In this document: positions 34,452 to 43,622 of the stretch, one piece after another
How the letters are laid out: every line of letters starts with the position of its first letter
Position numbering within the stretch: position 1 is the stretch's first letter
Assembly: GCA_965112735.1 (NCBI GenBank)
Contig: OZ218963.1
Coordinates: 2,480,001 to 2,544,000, forward strand
DNA from: Phaeosaccion multiseriatum
Taxonomy: Eukaryota > Protista > Ochrophyta, other classes
DNA: 64,000 nucleotides
Direction of reading: 5' to 3'
Translations under genes and position numbers: made by a program
The notes under the pieces: model-generated
The model's database searches: none
What the model saw: the letters and a program-made list of their open reading frames with translations, nothing else
Told to the model about the DNA's origin: nothing

Positions 34452-34603
34452 TCACCCCGGAGGGTGGACGTCTACCATACGGATAGAAAATAATTGTTGG
34501 CTCCTGACCTCATTCCAATGTTTTTTTCTAATCGGGGAAGACGTGTTCAGTGTCTGTGGTACATACCCTTGAAATCATGTGGGAAAAAACGAACTGTTTG
34601 AAA

Positions 34604-35704
34604 TCAACCATTTGGGAATTCTCTCGTTGCGTCCAGAATCTTGCTTTCCCCAAGTCTAGCATGTTTCATCTCGATACACTTAAACAACCTCATGATATGC
34701 AGGCAATTGTCGAGGAAATCATAATATGACTTGTATCTGACCTTTGTCTTCTTGCCTTTCGAATTGTTCATATCCCTCTCCGATGAAAGCATTATGACAG
34801 TGTCAAGGAGTATGCGCGCTTCGAGTTCCTGGATAAAAAGAGAGGGGCTCATCGAGTGAGACTTTTCGAGATTAAGATTTGTCTTGAGCCTTCTGAAACT
34901 GGTTTCAACTGTCCACCTCTTCTTGTAGAGAGCCTGTATTCTCTTGACAGACGTATCGATGTCGGACATGCACACGTACTTCTTTCCATCAATAAAGTAT
35001 TTGTAGAGATAACAGGATTTCACTTGGCCGCCTACACTCAGGAGTAGTACATGTTGTTTGGTGCGATGATTGTGATAGAACGAGTGAGCTTCCCGGAAGG
35101 CAGTCCTCTTTAGACGAAATACGACGTGGACTTTTGCCTTCGTACACTCGAAGTATAGTGCTTTCGAGTAGTACCCTCTGTCAAATACGTGAATGTCCCC
35201 ATGTCTCGTGTGTTTAAGGTGGTCCAGAACGGAAAGTCGTTCGTTAAAATGCTTGGATACAACAGAGTCGACACATGTTCTCGTGTCCGTGTCAAACATA
35301 CTTGACAGCATGGCTAATGGTCTCTTTGCAGGACGACTTACATCACAATCATTTGTCCTCGTCTTGTATCCTTCTTTGGCGAAGGAAGGGTGAAAATGTA
35401 TTTTGGACCCATCGATGGCGAGGACTCGACACGTACGGGAACTTCTCTGAAATGATGAGTTTATTTCTTTAAAAATGTGCTCAGGTAGGCGCTTCCTGGC
35501 CCTCCCTAAAGCCTGTGGACTGAAGTTGGTCTCATTCGAACGCTTTAGAGTAAAGTCAAACCCCCGATTGTAAACGGACGCATTTGCAATACAGGAGAAA
35601 AGTGATAATGTATCGACTCCTTCCTTTCGTGCGCGCTGTCTCCACCTTTTGTCGGATGCATTTAGCTTTTGGACAAGCTTTTCTTGAAAAGTGCGTTGAG
35701 CCAT
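34604..35704 (-). CDS. IS4-family DDE transposase
   Basis: AIDGS, FDRGYYS and YKKRWTVETSFRRLK (Y-2-R-3-E-6-K signature). Confidence 0.93.
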   Translation of the reverse strand: MAQRTFQEKLVQKLNASDKRWRQRARKEGVDTLSLFSCIANASVYNRGFDFTLKRSNETNFSPQALGRARKRLPEHIFKEINSSFQRSSRTCRVLAIDGSKIHFHPSFAKEGYKTRTNDCDVSRPAKRPLAMLSSMFDTDTRTCVDSVVSKHFNERLSVLDHLKHTRHGDIHVFDRGYYSKALYFECTKAKVHVVFRLKRTAFREAHSFYHNHRTKQHVLLLSVGGQVKSCYLYKYFIDGKKYVCMSDIDTSVKRIQALYKKRWTVETSFRRLKTNLNLEKSHSMSPSLFIQELEARILLDTVIMLSSERDMNNSKGKKTKVRYKSYYDFLDNCLHIMRLFKCIEMKHARLGESKILDATREFPNG

Positions 35705-35744
35705 AATTTCAAAGATACATTATTGACATATAAAAAAAGCGACG

Positions 35745-35922
35745 ATCTCATATTCGAATTCGGACCCAGGTCCTCGACGAAATGGATTTCTAAAATTAAA
35801 TTTTTTTGTGAATGACTTCAAGCTGATTTGCAACTCTACCATATCTCAAATCTTTTTCTACAAAAAGATAATTTCAGAAATCCATTTCGTCGAGGACCTG
35901 GGTCCAAATTCGAATTGAAGAT
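35745..35922. repeat. 178-bp palindromic element, copy B (inside the IS4 element)
   Basis: Same arms as copy A. Confidence 0.92.
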
Positions 35923-35972
35923 GGCCGGTTTTTTATAGCTTAAGTTTCTATATCCTTAAGTTTCCGTCACTG

Positions 35973-36822
35973 CATACATTGGGCCCATTTCTCCTTCTTT
36001 GTAGTGCACTAGACCTCTGCTGTCAAGGAATTCCCGACTAGTATTTCCCTTCCAGATGTTGACCCCCTTGTCTTCGGATTGGCGCGTCTGAGTGTCTCCC
36101 CGGAGAAAGAAAAGGAGCTCTTCAACAATGGCTTTGAAGGACATGCGTTTCGTGGTCATCAGAGGAAATCCATCTTTCATGTCGAAAGTCATCTGCTTTC
36201 CAAATGATCCCAGCGTCCCAGTTTTCGTGCGATCTTCTCTCTCGTGTCCATTTTCAAGGACATCTTTCATCACATCTAGGTATACCTGTTCATTTCCACC
36301 CGATTCTTCGACTAAACGCTTCTTTTCATAGGTTAGCACCCTGTAAGAAAGCCTTTCACGCTCATCGTAAATGAGCGGCGATGTCTCCGCGATAGAGAAT
36401 GAAGAGGGTACGAGGGGGAAAAATCGGTCACACTTGTACTGCTTTGTCTCTTCCGAGAGACTCGTCAGCACAATCCGGTCCGCCTGGTTCATAAAGTGGC
36501 GATATATCTCCTCCCCGCCGATCACGTATGTACTCTGATCAACCCTGTGTTCATCGACCCAGTTGTCTGCAGTTTGCATGTTCATGAAGGTACATCCCGA
36601 GACTGGTTCCGTTGCACTGCCCGTGACAACTATGTTCGACCTTCCCGGGAGGGGACGGTGGTTTTCCGGCAAAGAGTCGAACGTTCGACGACCCATGATC
36701 ACGGTCGTACCAGTGGTCGTCAAGCGAAAATGAGCCATGTCCCCCAGAATCTTCCAGGGAAGTTTCCCATCTTTGCCGATTCCTCGGCGAGAATCGCAAC
36801 ATGCGATCATCGAAAGAGTCAT
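35973..36822 (-). pseudogene. DHFR-thymidylate synthase, 5' part (DHFR + TS N-terminus)
   Basis: GIGKDGKLPW, VIMGRRT, RPLPGRSNIV, VIGGEEIY; TS DRTKTGT, FPLMTTK, EELLFFL, GEMGPMY. Confidence 0.96.
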
Positions 36823-36926
36823 TCTGAGGTGGTAATGCGCCTATTCTATTCAGGTCATAATGCCCATTTTATACAATGCATTTTAACCTCAAAAAAAAAT
36901 ATCGATTAAGTTGCAACATCGTTTCC

Positions 36927-38552
36927 ATGGGCCTCACCGTCGAAAATGCCACTATTACAGGATCTCTCAATGCTAATCTAGGCCAATTGGCGGACGTTGA
37001 TACAAGCGTTGCAGCGACACACAATCAGGTCCTTGCGTACAACGACAACTCGGTAGACCCTACTTACTCTACGGCATATGTCACCAAGAATATCGCTCTC
37101 GACGACCTTGGGAACGTGGAGGTCGCCGCTGCCCCGACTCATCAGTCAGTACTGGTGTGGAACGATACAACGGAGGACGCTACGTACCCAACAACGTGGA
37201 TAGACAAAGGACTAAGCACGGACATGTTCGGATCGAATTTCTTTTCGACTTTGAGCACACTCGTCGAGGGAATTGTCACCACCGCAAGGTCGAAGGTACT
37301 TGGCGCACAGGGAGAGCCTCTTCTCGCCACGATGGGAATGTTCACCGGAGACGCAGGGAGCGGGGGCTTCACTTCCACCCTTGTATCAGCCGGGGACAAG
37401 AACCCCCTTTTCAAGAAGGAACCCACCGACTCCGACTTTGTATTCGTGCAGTCCCTGGACGCAGGGGAGATTCTAAACACCACCTATGCGGCGGGAACCG
37501 TTTTCCAGAGCGAGAAGGGGATCGGGGGGTTCTCGGGGCCCTCGCCATTCCCCCTAGGGTCGGACGCCTTCGCGGCAACGTCCTTCGTACTATATGCCCA
37601 ACAGGGAACCGTGGAGGTGCGCGTGATGGCCTCCTCCCTCGAAGCGGTCGTTACTCTATACCAATCCGACGGAGTCACTGTGGAAGACGGACCTATCACA
37701 CTCGACGCCTACGGCTTGGGTACACTCACCTGTAGTACCAACGACCAGTTCATACTATCATCCTCCTCGGCCGTGTTCTGTGCGTCCTCTTCGACTACAG
37801 GACAGGACAAAATGCTCATTCTGCCACCCGCCACGGAAATCATCGGGTACAACCGCAACTCCTATGTGATGACATCGGCGACCGTCAATACGAACGTTAC
37901 CTACTATCGCCGCAACGGGAACACCGGGACCGTGGTCGTCACACCCGGAACGCCCTTCTCATTAACCGCCGCCGCAGGGAACAACGCAGACTTTAACAAT
38001 AACGGGGCACTCATTCTCCGAGCAGACGCACCTATCGCCGCCTTCACGTCCAACGACTCCGTGGGAGACGAGGCCGTCGGGTTCCTGCCCCTCACTGCGC
38101 TCGCGCAACGATTCCCCAACCCATGTACCCTCGACGACGACGCGGACTATGGTGTATCGTGTGTCGCCGTGACTTCGCCCTATGAGGGTACGGCGACGAT
38201 CTACGACGACTCCGGGACCGTTGTCGATACCTTCAACTACAACCGTCCGGGCGCATTGGACCCTATCACAATCGAGAATCAGCTTCTGCCGGCGGCCGGT
38301 CGGTGGAATCCACTCGAAGTCGGTGTAGGCACTACGTATGGACCCGGAGGATACATCGAAACCAGTACGCCCGCCATGTGCATCGTCAACGCCACGTCCT
38401 CCACGGACTGGTCCGCGACTCTAGGCGACGAACTCGTTCTTCCCGGCACGATTCCAGACGAAATAAAGGCCGAGATACGCGTAGACGCCGGAGGTTTCTT
38501 GCGCCGGAGAGACGTAGACGCGAGTGGTGCCGTAACGTGGAACGTTTGCTGA
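36927..38552 (+). CDS. Putative virion surface/fibre protein
   Basis: Two fibre-like repeats (LGQLADVD...NQVLAYND; LDDLGNVE...QSVLVWND); T/S/G/A-rich beta composition. Confidence 0.6.
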   Translation: MGLTVENATITGSLNANLGQLADVDTSVAATHNQVLAYNDNSVDPTYSTAYVTKNIALDDLGNVEVAAAPTHQSVLVWNDTTEDATYPTTWIDKGLSTDMFGSNFFSTLSTLVEGIVTTARSKVLGAQGEPLLATMGMFTGDAGSGGFTSTLVSAGDKNPLFKKEPTDSDFVFVQSLDAGEILNTTYAAGTVFQSEKGIGGFSGPSPFPLGSDAFAATSFVLYAQQGTVEVRVMASSLEAVVTLYQSDGVTVEDGPITLDAYGLGTLTCSTNDQFILSSSSAVFCASSSTTGQDKMLILPPATEIIGYNRNSYVMTSATVNTNVTYYRRNGNTGTVVVTPGTPFSLTAAAGNNADFNNNGALILRADAPIAAFTSNDSVGDEAVGFLPLTALAQRFPNPCTLDDDADYGVSCVAVTSPYEGTATIYDDSGTVVDTFNYNRPGALDPITIENQLLPAAGRWNPLEVGVGTTYGPGGYIETSTPAMCIVNATSSTDWSATLGDELVLPGTIPDEIKAEIRVDAGGFLRRRDVDASGAVTWNVC

Positions 38553-38603
38553 TAGTATGAATGTTCAATAAAATTATGTCATCTCTTCGTAAACGTAGCT
38601 TTC

Positions 38604-38946
38604 ATGAAGGGGTTATTTCGATTCACTAACATAGCCTTCAATAAGATCAAGGATCTTTCAGGAGGAGCAGGTGGAAAAGTAAAACTACAGATTGGAGAGT
38701 GCTCAACGAGGCATGTTCGATATAAATGTGTAGAAAAGAAATACGACTCTTCCGCAAAAGGGGAACAACATTTCTCCCGAGCGGTGGAGTCTGTATGTAT
38801 TACAAGAAACATCCCAGAAATCAAAGTGTTCGGTCCCGATGTGCACCACATAGACTTCAGGAATATGAGCATGAAGATGGCGTATATTGAGAGTAACACG
38901 CTTGAGAAAGTAATTAGAGATAATGATCTACTTGACAATTCCGTAG
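38604..38946 (+). CDS. Protein kinase, 5' part/exon 1 (N-lobe)
   Basis: Gly loop LSGGAGGKV, CVEKK, hinge MAYIESNTL; joins in frame to 41538. Confidence 0.8.
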
Positions 38947-39190
38947 GTATGGATTTCCAATTTACAAGATAATGTGATAAAAGAGTGAATTCTTGGTACT
39001 TAAATTGAGTCGTGACTAGGAAAATTCACAGTGTTCGTTTTGGGCCATACGTGTGGACGACAACACAAACATCAAAACAAGCAGATTTCACATTTTTCTT
39101 CATCATTTGAGAAAAATAGTGTGATATTATCAGTGGTAGTGCGTTTAAGAGCTGGGGAATAAAATGTTGTGGTGTACCATATAACATCCA

Positions 39191-41299
39191 GTGATCATTA
39201 TACCTGATCACCCCTCAACACATGAAAGCATTCTCGAATGTTTGTCTCCGCAACCACAATTAAAAAGAGGTTTGAAGTGTCCAGATCAACCCTCGTGCAG
39301 TGGGCCACGAGTGGAAATGTCCGATTCCGAAGGATGGGAGGAGACAAAGGAAAACGATTATACCATATCGACGACGTCGCAAACAAGTTCGGAGACAGTC
39401 GAAGCAGCCTCGCAGAACGAGAAAAGGTCATCTACGCCAGAGTCAGCTCGCCCAAACAAAAGGAAGACCTCGGAAGACAGATCTCCAGTCTACAGAGAGA
39501 CTATCCACAGCATCGACTTCTCTCAGACATTGGGTCGGGGCTCAACTACCATCGGCCCAGGTTTACAGCCCTTCTGGAACGAGTCATGCATGGCCGTATC
39601 TCAGAGATTGTCGTTTCCTACCGAGACAGACTCTGTCGCTACGGATTTGAACTCTTCGAGGCCGTCTGTAAACATCAAGGGACGAAGATCGTGGTTCAAA
39701 ATGAAAAGAACGTCTCCGACGACAACCATACAGAACTTGCCGAGGATCTCTTGGCCGTCTGTAATTTCTTCGTCGCTAGAAACAACGGGCGACGAGCCGC
39801 AGCAGCAAGAAAGAGACGGAGGACCCAAGAAGAGGAGGAGATTGACCAGCAAAAAGCAGCTGAAGAAGAAAAAGAAGAAGAAGGAAGAAGAAAGCGAAGA
39901 CGGGGTCCGTGGGGTGAAGATGAAGTTGAATCCGTCCGCGGCATGGAAAGCGAGACTTGAGAAGTGGTTCGGGACAGCTCGATGGACGTACAACAGATGT
40001 CTCTCTCTATACAACGACAACAAGTGTAAAATGAGCAGGAAGGACTTTCGTGCGAAAGTGATCGGTGCACATGTACACGGGAGGGTCAAGAAGAGATCTG
40101 GTTCGAGGAAGAAGCGGGCGGGGAAGAGACGAGGGTGTTGGAGGAAGAAGCCTCCTGCTTCTTCTTGTGAACGAAAGACTGCGTGGGTCTTGGATACACC
40201 AATGGAGATCCGTGACCAGGCAATGATTGACCTGGTCAAAGCGTTTGAGAGCAATATTGCAAAGTGCCAGAAGAACCCAGGTGAACATCATTTCAAACTC
40301 GACTTCCGGAAAAAGAAGGCTGTGCAGACTATCAAGATCCCGGGAAAGTTCCTACATGGGAGGAAAGAAGGAAAGAAGGGAGGTATAATCTTCCCCAACT
40401 TCACGGAGAAGGAACCTCTTCATGGATTCGAGGAATACTCTGCCTTCGACGGAGAAGCAATACTGCAGAGAGATAGGTGCGGGACCTTCTGGGTGTTGAT
40501 GACACGTAAAAAGCCCCTCGCGTCAAAAATTGTGGGGGATGAGGAAGACCTACGTGCATGCGGGCTAGACCCTGGCATTCGCTGTTTCAATACAGTCATC
40601 GACACAAAGGGGGTCGTCACGGAAGTCGGCAAAGGAGACATTGGACGTATCTACAGGCTATGTGCACACTTGGACCGCTTGCAGTCTAGATCGGAAGATA
40701 AGAGTGTCAAGGCCAAAGTGAGGTACAGAAGGCGTCGGGCGTGGCATCGTGCCATCCGGAGGATCAAGAGTCTCATACAGGATGTCCACCGCAAAACCTG
40801 CAAATTCCTGTGTGAAAGCTACGACGTCATCTTCATCCCCGAGTTCAACACGCAGACAATGGTGAAAAAGAAACCACCCCCCGCGTATAGGGCAGTTAGC
40901 AAGAAGGTCGCCCGGGCAATGATGACCTGGTCCCACTACAAATTTCGCGAGATGCTAAAATCCAAGGCACTCGAGACAGGGACCAAGGTTGTTATGGTAA
41001 CGGAGGAGTACACTACCAAAACGTGTTCACAGTGTGGACACGTCAACCACGACATCCGGGATAAGAAGGTATTTCGTTGCCAGAGGAATGGATGCAATTT
41101 CGTCGGTGGAAGAGACATCAATGGCGCATTGAATGTCCTGATCAAGAGCATCGTCGAACAAGGACTGAAGATTACTTGGTCCGTTTACGAACAAGTCCTG
41201 GAGCAATCCCGGGCGAACGCGTCCTCGGCGGGGACTTTGGGGCCTACGGTCCCAGAGTTTCCAATGGGGACTTTGGGGCCTATCCCCCCTTCTACGTAA
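39191..41299 (+). CDS. tnpB: Fanzor2/TnpB RNA-guided RuvC nuclease (start uncertain; N-terminus overlaps tnpA in another frame)
   Basis: WFGTARWTYN; GLDPG; IPEF; WSHYKFREML; EEYTTKTCSQCG...CQRNGC; RDINGALN. Confidence 0.93.
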   Translation: MIIIPDHPSTHESILECLSPQPQLKRGLKCPDQPSCSGPRVEMSDSEGWEETKENDYTISTTSQTSSETVEAASQNEKRSSTPESARPNKRKTSEDRSPVYRETIHSIDFSQTLGRGSTTIGPGLQPFWNESCMAVSQRLSFPTETDSVATDLNSSRPSVNIKGRRSWFKMKRTSPTTTIQNLPRISWPSVISSSLETTGDEPQQQERDGGPKKRRRLTSKKQLKKKKKKKEEESEDGVRGVKMKLNPSAAWKARLEKWFGTARWTYNRCLSLYNDNKCKMSRKDFRAKVIGAHVHGRVKKRSGSRKKRAGKRRGCWRKKPPASSCERKTAWVLDTPMEIRDQAMIDLVKAFESNIAKCQKNPGEHHFKLDFRKKKAVQTIKIPGKFLHGRKEGKKGGIIFPNFTEKEPLHGFEEYSAFDGEAILQRDRCGTFWVLMTRKKPLASKIVGDEEDLRACGLDPGIRCFNTVIDTKGVVTEVGKGDIGRIYRLCAHLDRLQSRSEDKSVKAKVRYRRRRAWHRAIRRIKSLIQDVHRKTCKFLCESYDVIFIPEFNTQTMVKKKPPPAYRAVSKKVARAMMTWSHYKFREMLKSKALETGTKVVMVTEEYTTKTCSQCGHVNHDIRDKKVFRCQRNGCNFVGGRDINGALNVLIKSIVEQGLKITWSVYEQVLEQSRANASSAGTLGPTVPEFPMGTLGPIPPST
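39238..39960 (+). CDS. tnpA: IS607 TnpA: MerR-like HTH + serine recombinase
   Basis: VSRSTLVQW...KRLY HTH; IYARVSSPKQKEDLGRQ (catalytic Ser); DIGSGLN; DRLCRYGF; ELAEDLLAV. Confidence 0.95.
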   Translation: MFVSATTIKKRFEVSRSTLVQWATSGNVRFRRMGGDKGKRLYHIDDVANKFGDSRSSLAEREKVIYARVSSPKQKEDLGRQISSLQRDYPQHRLLSDIGSGLNYHRPRFTALLERVMHGRISEIVVSYRDRLCRYGFELFEAVCKHQGTKIVVQNEKNVSDDNHTELAEDLLAVCNFFVARNNGRRAAAARKRRRTQEEEEIDQQKAAEEEKEEEGRRKRRRGPWGEDEVESVRGMESET

Positions 41300-41558
41300 G
41301 GAGAAGGTGTATTGGAACTGGCTAATGAGGAGTCTCAAGGAATGAAGGGGGGTGACAACTACTGGCAGGACGAAAGCTGGTCCGGATTTTTATCGGGAAA
41401 GGCGATTCCAGTGTTTAAACGTTGCATCATGTTTTGGTTATGAGCTGGGGATAATTCCCCAGACCCTCCTAGATTTACCCTATGTATACTCGTAGTCAGT
41501 TCTGAGATTTCTGTGAGGAAACTCACTTAATTAATAGGCGATGCATCAAAAACCTTAA
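41200..41558 (+). ncRNA. Predicted Fanzor2 omegaRNA (scaffold up to the right end, guide from the flank)
   Basis: Position expected for TnpB/Fanzor omegaRNA; hairpin ctgggga-taat-tccccag at 41445-41462; boundaries inferred. Confidence 0.55.
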
Positions 41559-41959
41559 TCGTACATATATTCACCCTCTTAGAAGAGTTAATACAAACTC
41601 TTTCATACCACATGATATATCATGGAGATCTACACCCTGGAAACTTGATGATTCAAAAACTACCTAAAATACCAGAAGTGGCAAATTCGGAAGAGTTTCG
41701 AATAGATAGACTTAAGTTCGTAGACCTAGATGGAGTGAGAAAGTACCAACTGGAAGATCCCGACTTCTCTGAATGGTCTCGGGTTAAACAGTCGGAGGAA
41801 TTGGGGAACATGCTTCGCCCCCTTCTCACCATGGTCAGAAAGAAAAGACCTTACGTGTACACTGTGGAATCCCTCCTTAAATTAGCAAAAGAGTCGAGAT
41901 CTAGTACGATTGCGACGTGGTTCGAGAAAGATCTGGAATTCTCAAAGCAATATACATGA
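41538..41959 (+). CDS. Protein kinase, 3' part/exon 2 (C-lobe)
   Basis: YHGDLHPGNLMI catalytic loop, KFVDLDG; frame open back to the junction. Confidence 0.85.
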
Positions 41960-42083
41960 CTCAAGAAATACATTCCTCATCGCCTATCGCTCAAGTGTGA
42001 CCAATTTGGTTAAAGTTTCTACAAATTCTTAGTGTTATAATAAGGAATAAGTGCGAGACACTACAATCATCTCAACTAGGGTC

Positions 42084-43127
42084 TTATGACCTGTGTCGGA
42101 GATTATAACGATCTTCTTCAAGCCTTTGTTTCTTACGACTGTTTTCATCTTTGATATTCTCGTCGAAAATGTACACGTAAAAAGTCGTCAAGTCCAATAT
42201 AGCCAACGCTTCCGATATTGCTGTCTTGTAGAAGTGACATGTGGCTCCGTCGTCTAAACCTTCTCCTGAGAAACACAGGAACAAGTTTTTGAATGTGTCA
42301 TCTTTCGAAAAATTCACAAACAACTCTCTGTTTAAGGATACGAGTCCTATCAATTGTTCAAAACGCTTGGCATTCTTCAAGTACGACCCAAAAACCCAAG
42401 GGAGAGTTAGAGAATTATAGTTGCTTTCCCTGGAATCTGAGAACTCCGTAAGGCCAGTACGTTCATCAAATCTCACCCCGGCATCATTTTTAAAGATTGA
42501 ATCGAGAACGGACGTATCCTTCATCTTCCCACCCGTAAAGGTGTGGGATGGATGATCCAACCATCGTAGAATCGAGTCGAAGCCGTCTTTCCACTGCGAA
42601 TGAGTGTGGGTTTGTGCAGTTGCAGCAGCTGCGCCTATGACTACCTGGTTCGCCTTTTCACTCGTTTCCCTATTGACTGGTTTCTCCTCTTCGGGATAGG
42701 GGAAGAATCCGTATCTCTGGTACCAAGTTGCCCCCTTCGTTATAAGCATGGCAACGCGGAGATCGATTAGACAATTATTTATGTCTTTATAGGAGGCGTC
42801 TTGGAGGGTAATCCATTTGGCCCCAATTTCCCTAGAAAAATCGATGGATATCTTCAATAAATCTTTACCATTTACTCGTTGACAACTTCCCGTGTTCGTA
42901 TACTTCAGATCGTCTAGATGGACAGTATTTTCATCTATATCGTATTTTAATCGTAAACACATAGGTGATCCTACTTGAAAAACCCTGTACGTCAATTCAC
43001 CCATTTCCCAGTATATGTCTACGCTTTTGTTCCTAAAATAGGTTGAAACCAACGTTTTGAACCTGTTTTCAACTTCACTTGTATTCATTGTGCTACACCA
43101 GGTTAATATTTTTTTCGACAAAATCAA
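42084..43127 (-). CDS. GNAT-like hypothetical protein
   Basis: GKDLLK...GAKWITLQDAS...WYQRYGF resembles GNAT motifs A/B. Confidence 0.5.
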   Translation of the reverse strand: MILSKKILTWCSTMNTSEVENRFKTLVSTYFRNKSVDIYWEMGELTYRVFQVGSPMCLRLKYDIDENTVHLDDLKYTNTGSCQRVNGKDLLKISIDFSREIGAKWITLQDASYKDINNCLIDLRVAMLITKGATWYQRYGFFPYPEEEKPVNRETSEKANQVVIGAAAATAQTHTHSQWKDGFDSILRWLDHPSHTFTGGKMKDTSVLDSIFKNDAGVRFDERTGLTEFSDSRESNYNSLTLPWVFGSYLKNAKRFEQLIGLVSLNRELFVNFSKDDTFKNLFLCFSGEGLDDGATCHFYKTAISEALAILDLTTFYVYIFDENIKDENSRKKQRLEEDRYNLRHRS

Positions 43128-43136
43128 AGAAGTCGG

Positions 43137-43565
43137 CTAAGTCGAAACATCATCGACCTCGGAAAGCTGACGATCGTTTCTACCAAGTCGGACCATCGAA
43201 GGTATCCTCAAAATGGGCCTCGCGTTCTCGTCTAGGTGCGCTACCAGGACAGACCGGAGGTCCTTGGCGTACTCGTCTTCACTCGACAAAAAGTTCCAAG
43301 TGTACTCCTTCAAAGTCTTCTTCACCACGTGTACAAAAGCCTCAGTGAATGCGATCGATGACCGATAGAGGAGGTGGAAGTCCATGTTCTCGTCCATAAG
43401 TAGCATGTCATCGTGAAGGTGTGTAAGGATTGCGTACTCCGCACTCGGTACTCTTTCATGTGGAGAGCATTGTATGCTTTCATTGCTCACAAGCATTGAC
43501 ATGGTAACGCCGGGTACAGTGATGAATGTAGCCTTAATGTACAAAATAAACCCTTTCAAAAACAA
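43137..43565 (-). CDS. Hypothetical protein (likely start 43502)
   Basis: ORF filling the space between neighbouring genes. Confidence 0.5.
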   Translation of the reverse strand: MFLKGFILYIKATFITVPGVTMSMLVSNESIQCSPHERVPSAEYAILTHLHDDMLLMDENMDFHLLYRSSIAFTEAFVHVVKKTLKEYTWNFLSSEDEYAKDLRSVLVAHLDENARPILRIPSMVRLGRNDRQLSEVDDVST

Positions 43566-43622
43566 CGTATTAGCACGTGAAATAAAATAAATAATGTATG
43601 CTTATATTACCAAAATGCAATC

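Larger units (their letters stand above)
31607..35972 (-). mobile_element. IS4-family DNA transposon carrying Fanzor1 (4366 bp)
   Basis: TIRs caataacggaaacttaag / cttaagtttccgtcactg (16/18 match); 8-bp TSD catacatt at 31599-31606 and 35973-35980. Confidence 0.95.
38947..41538 (+). mobile_element. IS607-family element (TnpA serine resolvase + Fanzor2/TnpB) with GT...AG ends
   Basis: TAGG at both junctions (38944-38947, 41535-41538), no TIR; removal restores the kinase ORF; GG core is typical of IS607. Confidence 0.92.

Noticed and set aside
31607-35972. hAT transposon (CAGTG end, 8-bp TSD)
   Set aside because: The encoded transposase has IS4-type DG/DRGY/YREK motifs, not hAT motifs
31599-35980. 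Splicing of the IS4-Fanzor1 element out of DHFR-TS
   Set aside because: A GTATGC donor-like site exists in the TSD, but there is no AG at the matching position. The nearest AG (in the TIR) gives an immediate in-frame TGA
34604-41299. Bacterial contamination or chimeric contig because of IS-type genes
   Set aside because: The elements have precise junctions inside virus-like eukaryotic genes (fused DHFR-TS, kinase) and the Fanzor2 frame has NLS-like tracts; IS4/IS607 elements are known in giant viruses
38947-41537. Group I intron (classical IStron)
   Set aside because: The upstream exon ends in G rather than U and I could not identify P7/core motifs by eye. An Infernal search with group I models would be needed to exclude it fully
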